A DNA stretch of 64,000 nucleotides, from NCBI GenBank assembly GCA_038231275.1, contig JBBRLQ010000039.1:1-64000 (forward strand), written 5' to 3'. A model generated the notes under the pieces. It was not told where the DNA came from, did no database searches, and saw nothing but the letters and a program-made list of their open reading frames with translations. Source of the DNA: Polyangiales bacterium. Its GTDB lineage: Bacteria > Myxococcota_A > Polyangia > Polyangiales > Polyangiaceae. Shown piece after piece: positions 9,421 through 19,700 of this stretch (position 1 is the first letter of the stretch; each line of letters starts with the position of its first letter). Both the position numbers and the translations under genes were made by a program.

Positions 9421-11544
9421 ATGGAAGGCAAGGCGAAGGTCGCGCTCACGTTTGCGCTCTATCAAGGCGATCAGCTGATCCGCCGCGATACGATCGCGCA
9501 GGACATCGTCAAGGTCGGTAAGGACCCGCGCAGCCACCTGCGCGTCGACGACGAGCTCGCGTCCCGTATGCACGCAGTCATCGAGGTCGCGAGCCCCGGT
9601 GACATCACGCTCATCGATCTCGGCAACGAGCCGGGCACGCTCGTGAACGGGCAGCGCGTGAACAAGTGCAAGGTGCGCCCGGGCGATCAGATCCAAATCG
9701 GATCGACGCTCATCGTGCTCGAAGGGGCCGAGGCCGCCGCCTTGAGCGCTCCTCCGCCGCCGGTTGCCGCGCGCCAGGAGCCCGTCATGGCGCCTCCGCC
9801 GGAGTCCGCGCCGCCGAGCGCGCCGCAGGCCAACCCGTTCGCCGGGGGCGGACCCGCCGCCGCCGCGCCGTCGAATCCGTTCGCCGCCGCCAACCCGTTC
9901 GCGGGCGGAGCGCCAGCCAATCCGTTCGGCACGATGCCGGGCGCGAACCCGTTCGTCGCGCATGCGCGTGACCAGATGATCGTCTCGGGCGCAGCCGCGC
10001 TCGCCACGCCGGACTTCGATCCGAACGCTCCGTTCACCTACTCGATGGTGAAGTCGGGTCCCGACGTGAACCCCGACGAGGTCGAGGTCGCGCACCTCGC
10101 CGCCGTCGAGGTCATGGTCATGTGGGACCAGAACATCCTCCACGTCTCGCACCTCACGCCGCCGCGCAACTGGTACGCGGGCGAGGAGCAGATCGGAAAG
10201 ATCGCGTGCGACTACTTCGTGCCGAGCGAGACGCTCGGGACGACGCGCGCGCCGATCGTCGTGGCGCGCGGTGGATCCGCGTCGCTCGTCATCCTTCCGC
10301 GCTCCACCGGCTGGGTCGAGATCCCGGGCCAGGGCAGGGTCAGCTTCGGTGACCTGATCGCGTCGGGGCGCGCGCGTCCGTCGAGCGAGCTCTCGGGCGC
10401 GCACGACTTCGATCTCCCGACGGGCGCGAAGGCGCGCATGGAGCTGGAGTCCTCTGGTGGGGGCGGCCTCGCGTTCCAGGTGAGCGCAGTCAACGCCGGC
10501 AAGGCGCCGCCCGCGGGTCTCTTCGCGCAGTTCGAAGCGGCCGCGTACATGTACACGGGCCTCTCGTTCCTCCTGCACATGGGCATCGTCGCGTCGCTCG
10601 CGTTCTTCATGCCGCGCATGAACCTCGACGACAGCGAGGCGATCGACCGCGACGCGCTCCTCCTCATGCAGAAATACCTGAACGCTGCCGCCGAGCGCGA
10701 ACAGGAAGAGAAGGAGACCGAGCAGCAGCCGGACGCCAACGCCGACAACAAAGAAGGCGGAACGGGCACTCGCGCCAAGGGCGAAGAGGGCTCGATGGGC
10801 AACCCGAACACCAAGGACACCGGCAAGAAGTACGGAGTCCAGGGCCCCAAGGACAACCCGGATCCGCACCTCGCGCGCGTGGCGGCGCTTCGTGAGGCGG
10901 CCGAGTTCGGAATGATCGGCCTCCTCAACACGGGCGCCGGCGGCGATCCCAACGCGCCGACCGCGCCGTGGGGCCGCGAGGACTCGTCGGGCATCGACCC
11001 GATGAGCGCGCGCGGCAACATGTGGGGCGACGCGATCGGCGACTCGTTCGGCGCGGGCGGCCTCGGCCTCTCCGGCGTCGGCGAAGGCGGCGGCGGTCGC
11101 GGCGAGGGCATCGGCCTCGGCAACATCGGCACGCTCGGTCACGGCGCCGGCACCGGCACCGGTCAGGGCTTCGGCAACGGCCACGGCCGCCTCGGCGGCG
11201 CGCACCAGACGAAGAGCCCCAGCATCCGCCAGGGCGCGACGCAGGTGAACGGCCGCCTCCCGCCGGAGGTCATCCAGCGCATCGTCCGCCAGAACTTCGG
11301 TCGCTTCCGTCTCTGCTACGAGAACGGTCTGCGCACGAACCCGAACCTCCAGGGCCGCGTGGCCGTGAAGTTCGTCATCGATCGCTCCGGCGCGGTTTCG
11401 ACCGCATCGGACGGAGGCTCGGATCTTCCGGATCAGGGCGTCGTCAGCTGCGTCGTGCGCGGGTTCTCGAACCTGAGCTTCCCGCAGCCCGAGGGCGGCA
11501 TCGTGACCGTCGTGTACCCCATCATCTTTAATCCTGGTGACTGA
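9421..11544 (+). CDS. gltG: GltG/PglI-like: FHA domain, TM helix, Gly-rich region, TonB-like AgmX/PglI C-terminal domain
   Basis: FHA ('ASRMHAVIE','DLGNEPGTLVNG'), TM with 'SFLLH', 'RAKGEEGSMG', C-terminal 'FRLCYENGLRTNPNLQGRVAVKFVI...FPQPEGGIVTVVYP'. Confidence 0.85.
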   Translation: MEGKAKVALTFALYQGDQLIRRDTIAQDIVKVGKDPRSHLRVDDELASRMHAVIEVASPGDITLIDLGNEPGTLVNGQRVNKCKVRPGDQIQIGSTLIVLEGAEAAALSAPPPPVAARQEPVMAPPPESAPPSAPQANPFAGGGPAAAAPSNPFAAANPFAGGAPANPFGTMPGANPFVAHARDQMIVSGAAALATPDFDPNAPFTYSMVKSGPDVNPDEVEVAHLAAVEVMVMWDQNILHVSHLTPPRNWYAGEEQIGKIACDYFVPSETLGTTRAPIVVARGGSASLVILPRSTGWVEIPGQGRVSFGDLIASGRARPSSELSGAHDFDLPTGAKARMELESSGGGGLAFQVSAVNAGKAPPAGLFAQFEAAAYMYTGLSFLLHMGIVASLAFFMPRMNLDDSEAIDRDALLLMQKYLNAAAEREQEEKETEQQPDANADNKEGGTGTRAKGEEGSMGNPNTKDTGKKYGVQGPKDNPDPHLARVAALREAAEFGMIGLLNTGAGGDPNAPTAPWGREDSSGIDPMSARGNMWGDAIGDSFGAGGLGLSGVGEGGGGRGEGIGLGNIGTLGHGAGTGTGQGFGNGHGRLGGAHQTKSPSIRQGATQVNGRLPPEVIQRIVRQNFGRFRLCYENGLRTNPNLQGRVAVKFVIDRSGAVSTASDGGSDLPDQGVVSCVVRGFSNLSFPQPEGGIVTVVYPIIFNPGD

Positions 11545-11568
11545 GGGGCGTTTTTCGGGGGGATTAGA

Positions 11569-11607
11569 AGACCGCCGATCCTGAAGAGGGTCGGCGGTTT
11601 TCGTTTG
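11569..11607 (+). terminator. Rho-independent terminator after gltG
   Basis: Stem ACCGCCGATCCT/AGGGTCGGCGGT, GAAG loop, followed by TTTCGTTT. Confidence 0.8.
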
Positions 11608-11648
11608 TGTGGGGTGCGCTGGGGGAGGGGGGGGCTTATAGTTAGGGC

Positions 11649-12251
11649 GTGGCGGCCGCGACTCCTTACCCTCAGCTGACGATTGTGCCGGCGGATGCTG
11701 TCCGGTGGCCGGCCGTGTTGCCTTCGCTGCCCAATGGGTTCGATCCTCGGCTCCGGGAGACGTGGCCGAAGGGGCCGGGTCGGTACGAGTACGTGGCCGG
11801 GAGGCTCGAGTTCATGCCGCCGTGCGGGGAGATCCAGGCGTTCGTCGCGGTCGCGATCGTGGCGGAGCTTGCGGGGTGGAGGAGCGCGCATGAGGGCTTC
11901 CTCGTCGGCGGGAACGAAGCGGGGATGCTCCTCGACGACGAAGTGCGCGGGGCCGACGCGGCGGTGTGGGTTCGCGAGAAGCCGCCGGAGGCAGGGTTCG
12001 CGCGGGTGCCGCCGATCCTCGCCGTCGAAGTGGCCGGAGAGCTCGATACGCTCGCGTACCTCGAAAAGAAGGCCGAGTGGTACCTGGCGCACGGCGTCGA
12101 GGTCACTTGGATCGTGATGCCCCAGACGCGGAGCGTTCGCGTGGTGACGAAGAGCGGGCACTCGGATGTGCGCGGAGAGGAGCGCATTCCGGAGCGTCCG
12201 TCGCTTCCGGGCCTGTCCCCCGCGGTCGCGACGTTCTTCGCGCAGCTGTGA
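11649..12251 (+). CDS. Uma2 family restriction-endonuclease-like protein
   Basis: 'RYEYVAGRL..MPP', 'VRGADAA', 'PILAVEV', 'KAEWYLAHGV..TWIV'. Confidence 0.85.
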   Translation: MAAATPYPQLTIVPADAVRWPAVLPSLPNGFDPRLRETWPKGPGRYEYVAGRLEFMPPCGEIQAFVAVAIVAELAGWRSAHEGFLVGGNEAGMLLDDEVRGADAAVWVREKPPEAGFARVPPILAVEVAGELDTLAYLEKKAEWYLAHGVEVTWIVMPQTRSVRVVTKSGHSDVRGEERIPERPSLPGLSPAVATFFAQL

Positions 12252-12596
12252 AAGCCCGGCCGGGATGGGCGAACGATGCGGTTTTTTTCGATGCAGGCCG
12301 CTGCGGCCGTGAGGCGCTCGCGCGTGCCCCGTGAGGCGCTCGCCGCAGGCGTCCGTGACTCCTCTCGCTGGGTCGTGATCGTCTACGTGCTAGGCGTTCT
12401 GGCTCTCTTCGCAGTTGCATACGCCGCGTGCGTCGCAGGGTTGGACGTCGCGGGACGAGCCATCCCTCCGGGCTGAAACTGAATTGAGTTGCGGCATCGA
12501 AGGTCCGCGGCCCGCCGGGGCGCAGGGGGGCGCGGGTCCCACCGCCGCGCCTTTCCCTTCCAGCCGATACAAAAACCGAGCTAAGCTCGCGCCCGC

Positions 12597-13520
12597 ATGC
12601 AAACGCTCGCCAAGCTCGCGCTCGCGTCCCTCGTCGCCATCGCCTCCGGGTGCTCCCGCAACAACATCGAGGCGGTGAACCTCGCCAACGAGGGCGACAA
12701 GGCCAAGTCGATGAACGTCGACGAGGCGATCAGCAAGTACGAGCAGGCGACGAAGCTCGATCCGACCAACCACCGGATCATGTGGAAGCTTGCGCTCGCG
12801 TACCACAAGAAGGAAGACTGGCAGAAGGTCGCGTCGACGTGCGCGTCGGCCGAGAAGCAGGCGCCGACGTTCGCGAGCTACTATTTCGAGCACGGCTACG
12901 CGCTCGAGCAGATCGCGAAGAAGCCCGGCCAGATGGCGACCGGCCCATGGAACGAGGCGAAGGAGCCGCTCCAGCAGGCGATCCAGAAGGATCCGAACCT
13001 GGGCGACGCGTACCACGAGCTCGCCGAAGTGCTGCTGCACACGGACGACGAGCAGGGCGCGCTCAACAACTACACGAAGGCGATCGAGGTGAAGCCAGAC
13101 GAGCTCGGCTTCTATGGTCCGCTCGCAGACCTCTACATGCGCCTCGGCTACGTGGACGCGGCGGAGCAGGTCACCAAGGAAGGCCTCGCCTTCTCCAAGG
13201 ACGGCGACAAGCACCTCTTCACGCTCCATACCCTCGCGGGCGGGATCAAGGAGAGCCGCGGCGACGTGGCGGGCGCGATCCCCGAGTACGAGGCGGCGAA
13301 GAAGGCGTGCGGCCCGTGCAACGAGCCGGGTCAGCCGATCGCGTACTTCAACCTCGGCGCCGCGTACGCCGCGGTGAACCCGCCGCGGAAGAACGAAGCC
13401 ATCCAGATGCTGCAGTCGTTCAACAAGGTCATCTGCAAGGGTGCCGCGAAGGAGCGCTACGCGGATCAGTGCGCGCAGGCCCAGCAGTTCGCGACCAAGC
13501 TGAACGGGACGCTCCAGTAA
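12597..13520 (+). CDS. TPR lipoprotein
   Basis: Lipobox ASG-C; several TPRs. Confidence 0.8.
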   Translation: MQTLAKLALASLVAIASGCSRNNIEAVNLANEGDKAKSMNVDEAISKYEQATKLDPTNHRIMWKLALAYHKKEDWQKVASTCASAEKQAPTFASYYFEHGYALEQIAKKPGQMATGPWNEAKEPLQQAIQKDPNLGDAYHELAEVLLHTDDEQGALNNYTKAIEVKPDELGFYGPLADLYMRLGYVDAAEQVTKEGLAFSKDGDKHLFTLHTLAGGIKESRGDVAGAIPEYEAAKKACGPCNEPGQPIAYFNLGAAYAAVNPPRKNEAIQMLQSFNKVICKGAAKERYADQCAQAQQFATKLNGTLQ

Positions 13521-13763
13521 GCGCGCCTCTCCCACACGTTCGAGCCCGCGCAATGCGCCCTGTTCGAGGCGCCAATGTCAAGCGGTACTAGCGCTACTAG
13601 AGAGGGCTCGACGCCGCGGGAAGATGACACGGGATGTCATCTTCACCTGTGTTTCCGTCGCGTCGCTCTGATAGCCTCCTCGATGGAGAAGTAGGGTGGC
13701 CGGAACGCGTCGTCGCTCTATGGGGCGGGCGGTCCTCGCTCCAAGATTTGTCTTCCGAACTCA

Positions 13764-16700
13764 ATGGGATCCATGGACCTTCAGGATCGTCTGACGCATC
13801 TCGAGAGAATCCGCGATTGGCAGGGGCTCGTCGAAGAGCTCGAAAAAGGCATCGCGGGCGGCGCCGCCAACACGGCCAAAGCGGCGTTCCATCTGAAGCT
13901 CGGGCAAGTGCTCGAGACGAAGTTCCTCTCGGGCGTCAAAGCCCTCAAGCATTTTCAAGACGCCTACAAGCTGAACCCGGCGCTCATCGAGAGCCTGGAG
14001 CACGCGCGCGCGATCTACTGGTCGCTCGGCAAGCTCAACATGGTTCAGAAGCTCCTCGAGCTGGAGCTGAAGGCCGTCAAAGAAGGACCGGTCGCGAGCG
14101 CGCTCCTCTTGGAGCTGGGCGACGTCCTCTGCGACGTCGGCGACTACGACAAGGCGACCGCGACCTACGCGCGCAGTCTCGCGGCGAGCAGCGGTGAAAA
14201 CCAAGACGCGCGCGCCTGCCTCGAGGACGTGCAGGCCGAGAGCGGCTCGTGGCAGACCCACGTGGCTCAGCTCCTGCGCGTCGCGAGCGACACCGCCAAC
14301 GGTTCGACACGCGCGCGCCTCTACCTCCGCGCCGCGCGCGTCGCCAAACGCTTCGCGCCGCAAGAGACGGCGTCGATGCTCGAGAAGGCGTACGAGTCCG
14401 ACCCGCTCAACAAACAAGCCGCCGCGCTCTACGAAGGCCTCCTCACTGAAGAGGGCACCATCGAGCGGCTCGAGTCGACGCAGAAGCAGATCGTCCAGCA
14501 GGCCGAAGATCGCAAGTCGCGCGCGTCGTTGGCGCTCTCGTTCGGCACGCGGTGGGTGTCGCGTCACCAGAACGTCGACGTCGGGACCAAGTTCCTCGAA
14601 GAGTCGATCCAGCTCGATCCCGAGAACGAAGGCGCGTTCCACTTCTTGCGCGACACGTACGGCCGAAAGGGCGGCGACTGGGATCGCGTCCTCACGATCG
14701 CCGAAGAAGCGGCGACCCGCGCGGGTGAGAACGGCAACGCGACCTTCCTCCTCGCGCAGGCGGGGACGATCGCGTGGCGTCAGACGGGGAACCTGATCAA
14801 GGCGCGCCTCGTCTTCCAGCGCCTCGCGGCCTTCGAGCCCGAGCACCCGCAGCTGCGCGCCTTCGAGGCGCAAATCGGCGAGACGCTCAAGCCGACGACG
14901 GCCTCGCAAGCGCCGCCTCCGGTCTCGGCGGACGGCGAGCCGCGCAAGGTCGCCACGCGTCCGCCGCCCGCCGGGTACACGCCGAGCAGCCGCCTCGAGG
15001 GCGACTCCGAGCCGCCGCCCGACGACGCCACCCGGGTGGGCGAGGTCCCGGCGGAGCTTCTCCAGCAAGCGCGCCAGCCCGAGGCCCGCCCGATGAGCGA
15101 ACCGCCCGCACGCGCGCCGTCCGTCGCGCCGGCGCCCCGCGCCAAATCGGTGCCGCCGCCCGGACACGACGAACCGTCCCGCGAAGAGATGAAGCTGGAG
15201 GCGTCGCCGCCGCCTGCGCCGGTCGCGCCAGCCGCAGCCGCGCCAGAGCCCACCCCGGCGCCCGCGCAGGTCGCGCATTCCCCGCAGGACGCCCCGGCCC
15301 CCGTTGCGGCCGCAGCGCCGGTGTCCGCCGACAAGGTGAGCGAGCTCCGTGCCCTCGCGGACAAGCAAGAAGCCGCCAAGCGGTACAACGAATACGTGAA
15401 GACGCTGCTGCAGCTCGCGGCGGCGGTCACCGAGCCGCACGAGAAGGTCGAGCTCTTCGCCAAGGCAGCCGACCTGTACGTCACCAAATTCGCCAACCAG
15501 GCGGAGGCCGTGAAGGCGTACGAGCAGGTCCTCGCGCTCGAGCCCGACAACGCGCTGGCCATCGACTACCTGCGCCAGATGTACGAGAAGCGCAGGGACT
15601 GGGAAAAGCTCCTGGGCCTCCAGCGCCGCGAGGCCGAGCGCCTGGGCCCCGGCCCCGAGCGCGCCGCCAAGTTCCTCGAGATCGCGAAGCTCGCCACCGA
15701 GCGCGTGAAAAAGCCGGAGATCTGCATCGATCTCTGGAACGAGGTCATCGCCAACGACGAGTCGAACGCCGACGCCCTCGGCGCGCTCGCCGGTCTCTTC
15801 GAGCGCAGCAAAGAGTTCGACAAGCTCGTCGACGTGCTCGAGAAGCAGTCGGCGATCACGTACGACGCCGCGCAGCGCGTCCAGATCCTCACGAAGCTCG
15901 GCACGATCTACGGCGATCGCCTGAACAACGACGAAGGCGCCGTCAACGCGTGGCGCCAGCTCCTCACGCTCGACCCGAACGATCGCAAGGCCCAAGAGGC
16001 CCTCAAGAAGAAGTACCTGGCGCTCGGCCGTTGGGACGATCTCGAGGTCTTCTACGCCGAGACCGGCAAGTGGGACGAGTTCATCCGCGTCCTCGAGCAG
16101 CAAGAAGCCAAAGAGACCAAGCCAGAAGCGAAGATCGGCCTCCTCTTCAAAATCGCGCAGCTGTGGCAGGAGAAGAAGCAGAAGCTCGATCGCGCCGCCA
16201 AGGCGTACGAGAAGGTGCTCGAGCTCGAGCCGAACAACCTGCTGGCCGCCGAGGCCCTCATCCCGATTTACACGCAGGCCAACAACAGCAAGGCGCTCGC
16301 GAACGCGATCGAGGTCAAGCTCGGTCACGAAGCCGACGAGCACGCGAAGCTGGCGCTCTTGCGCGAGGTCGCGGCGCTCTACGAGGGGCGCGTCAAGGAG
16401 CCGCAGAAGGCGTTCGATCGCTACCTCACGGCGTTCGAGCTCTCGCCGCACGACGAGCAGACCCACGCCGACGCCGAGCGCGCCGCGAAGGTCGTCGGGG
16501 GCTGGGACCGCCTCATCGCGGCGTACACGAAGGCGGTCGAAGACGCGACCGATCGCGATCTCCAGATCACGCTGCGCCTGAAGCTGGGACGCGTGCTCGT
16601 CGAAGAGGTCGGTCGCATCGACGACGCGCTCGCGGCCTACCGCGCGGTGTACGACGTGGACGGCGAGAACGCCGAAGCCCTCTCCGCGCTCGAGCGTCTC

Positions 16701-19700
16701 TATCGCCAGACGTCGCGCTACGCGGATCTCATGGGGATCTACGAGAAGAAGCGCGAGCTGTCCGTCGACGCGGCGGACAAGAAGCGCATCTCCTACGAGA
16801 TCGCGAAGCTCTACGAGACCGAGGTCAAGGACATCGACAAGGCCGTCGAGACCTATGTTGGAGTCCTCGAAGACGAGCCGACCGACGGTCGCGCGCTCGC
16901 GGCGCTCGACGTGCTCTACCGGCAACTCGAGCGGTGGGAGCCTTACGTCGACGTCCTTCGTCGCCGGATCGAGCTCGACGTCACCGAGGCCGAGCTCATC
17001 GACCTGAAGTTCCGCCTCGGGCAGACGCTCGAGGAGCACGTCGCCGACGTGGCGGGCGCGCTCGAGAACTACCGCGAGATCCTCTTCCTCGACACGAAGC
17101 ACGAAGGGGCGCGCCTCGCGCTCGAGCACCTCCTCAAGCACGACGAGCTCCGCTCGGAGGCGGCGTCCATCCTCGAGACCATCTACGAGGAGCGCGCCGA
17201 CTGGCCCAAGCTCATCAACGCACTCGAGATCTTGAGCGCGGCCGAGGGCGACATCGCCAAGCGCGTGACGATCGAGCGTAAAATCGCGAAGATTTCGAGC
17301 GAGTCGCTCGGCGATCACGCGCGCGCGTTCAAGGCCCTCGCGACCGCGCTGAAGGAAGACCCCGCGAACCTCGACGGCACGCGCACGGAGATCGAGACGA
17401 TCAGCGCAACGTCCAACGGGTGGCGCGGCCTCGTGCAGCTCTACGAGGAGATCGCCAGCTCGCTCACCGACGCGCAACTCGCGCGCGACTACTGGATGCG
17501 CCTCGGCGCGATCAACGAGCGGCTCGGCGAGATCGACGCGGCGGCCAAGGGCTACACGCAGGTGCTCACCCTCGACCCGGCGGACCACGAAGCGCTCGCC
17601 GCGCTCGAGGCTCTCTTCACGCGCACCGAGCGGTGGACCGATCTCATCGGCGACGTCTAGCCGCGCGTCGAGCTAGCCCACGACTCCGCCTCGCGCGAAG
17701 GCTTCTTCGGGCAAATGGCCCAGATCTACGACGAGAAGCTCGGTCGTCCCGAGGACGCCGTCGCCAGCTGGCGCAAGGTCCTCGAGCTCGAGCCCACCAG
17801 CCAGCGCGCGCTCGCGTCGCTCGACGCGCTCTTCACGCGCCAGAAGATGTGGAGCGAGCTCGCCGACAACCTCGAGGCGCAGCTCGCCCTCGCGGCCGAC
17901 GATCACACCCAGCTCGGCCTCATGCTCCGCCTCGCGGCCCTCCGCGAGAAGGAGATGGCGCAGGTCGAGATCGCGATCGAGGGATACCGCGCGATCCTCG
18001 AGCGCGACATCCAGAACCAGCCCGCGTTCGACGCGCTCGAGCGCCTCGGCAAGGACTCGAAGCACGAGCTCACGATCGCCGATCTCCTCGAGCCCCTCTA
18101 TCGCCACCTCGGCGACCACGTGAAGCTCATCGGCGCCCACGAAGTGCAAGTGCGCCGCAGCGAAGACGCCAGCCGACGCGTCGAGCTCCTCCATCAGATC
18201 TCCCAGCTCCACGAGGACGCCGCCGGCGATCTCAACTCCGCCTTCACCACGATGGCGCGCGCGCTCAAGGAAGACTCCGCGAGCGAGCTGACCCAGCAGA
18301 CGATCGACCGCATCGCGCGGGCGACCGGCCGCTTCCAGGATCTCGCGGGCGTCTACGAGAGCCTCGCCTCGCAAAGCGAGGACCCGCAGCTCTCGAGCGC
18401 GCTCTACATGATGAGCGCGCGCGTCTACGAGCAAGACCTCGGCAACGTCGAGACCGCCATCGCGCACTACCGCAAGGTGCTCGAGATCACTCCCGAGAGC
18501 CTCCCTGCTGCAGAGTCGCTGGAGCGCCTCTTCGGCACGACCGAGCGCTACGCGGACCTGTCCGCGATCCTCCAGACCAAGGCCGAGATCCTCCTCGAGC
18601 CGTCGGACAAGAAGGAGGCGCTCTTCCGCGCCGCCTCGATCGAAGAGGACGTGCTCGATCGCCCGGAGGCGGCCATCGCCGTCTACAAGAAGGTGCTCGC
18701 CCTCGACGAGGACGACGTGCGCGCGCTCGACGCGCTCATCAAGCGCTACCTCGGTCTCTCGCGCTGGCAGGATTTGCTCGGCGTCTACACGAAGAAGGCC
18801 GAGCTCGTCGTCGATCCCGAAGAGAAAAAGCGCATCTTCTACCAGGTCGGCGCCGTCTTCGAGCGCGAGCTCGGCGACGTCCCGCAGGCGATCGACACGT
18901 ACCAGAAGATCCTCGAGCTCGATCCCGACGATCTGCAGGCGCTCTCCCGCCTCGACGTGCTCTACGAGCAGGCCGAGAACTGGCGCGAGCTCCTCAGCGT
19001 TTTGACGCGCGAGAGTGAGATGACCGGCGATCAGGCCGAGGGCATCAGCTTCCAGTACCGCATCGCCGATCTCTACGAGAAGCGCCTCGAGGACGTGCCG
19101 CGCGCGATCGAGCTCTATCGTGAGATCTTGCAGCAAGAGGCGACGCACGAGCCGACGCTCCGCGCCCTCGAGGGTCTCAAGGGCGGGGACAAGGAGCCGA
19201 TCGCGGCCGCCGCGGTGCTCGAGCCGGTGTACGAGGCCTCCAGCGATTGGCCGCGCCTCATCAGCGTGCACGAGGTCCAAGTCCAGCACGGCGCCGACGC
19301 GTTCGCGAAGGTCGACTTGCTCCACCGCATGGCGCGCCTCTACGAGGACGCGCTCGACAACCACGGCTCCGCGTTCGACACGCACGCGCGCGCCCTCGCG
19401 CTCGACAACGCGAACGAAGACACGCTCACGAACCTCGAGCGCCTCGCGTCGGTCGTGAACCGCTGGCCCCAAGTCGCCGCGCTCTACGACGCCGAGCTCG
19501 ACAAGCTCCAGGAGAACCCGAGCCGCCTGGTGGAGCTCGGGATTCGAACCGCGCAGATCTTCGAGGTCCAGCTCGAGGACGTCGACAGCGCGATCGCCCG
19601 CTACCGTCGCGTGGTCGAGGTCGACGCCGAGAACCTGATCGCCATCCAGTCGCTCGATCGCCTGTTCCTCCAGACCGAGCGCTGGAGCGATTTGGCGCAA

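Noticed and set aside
17658..17660. Pyrrolysine or genetic-code reassignment of TAG
   Set aside because: TAG ends many genes here (gltC, gltF, gltI, nusB); no pyl genes in the window
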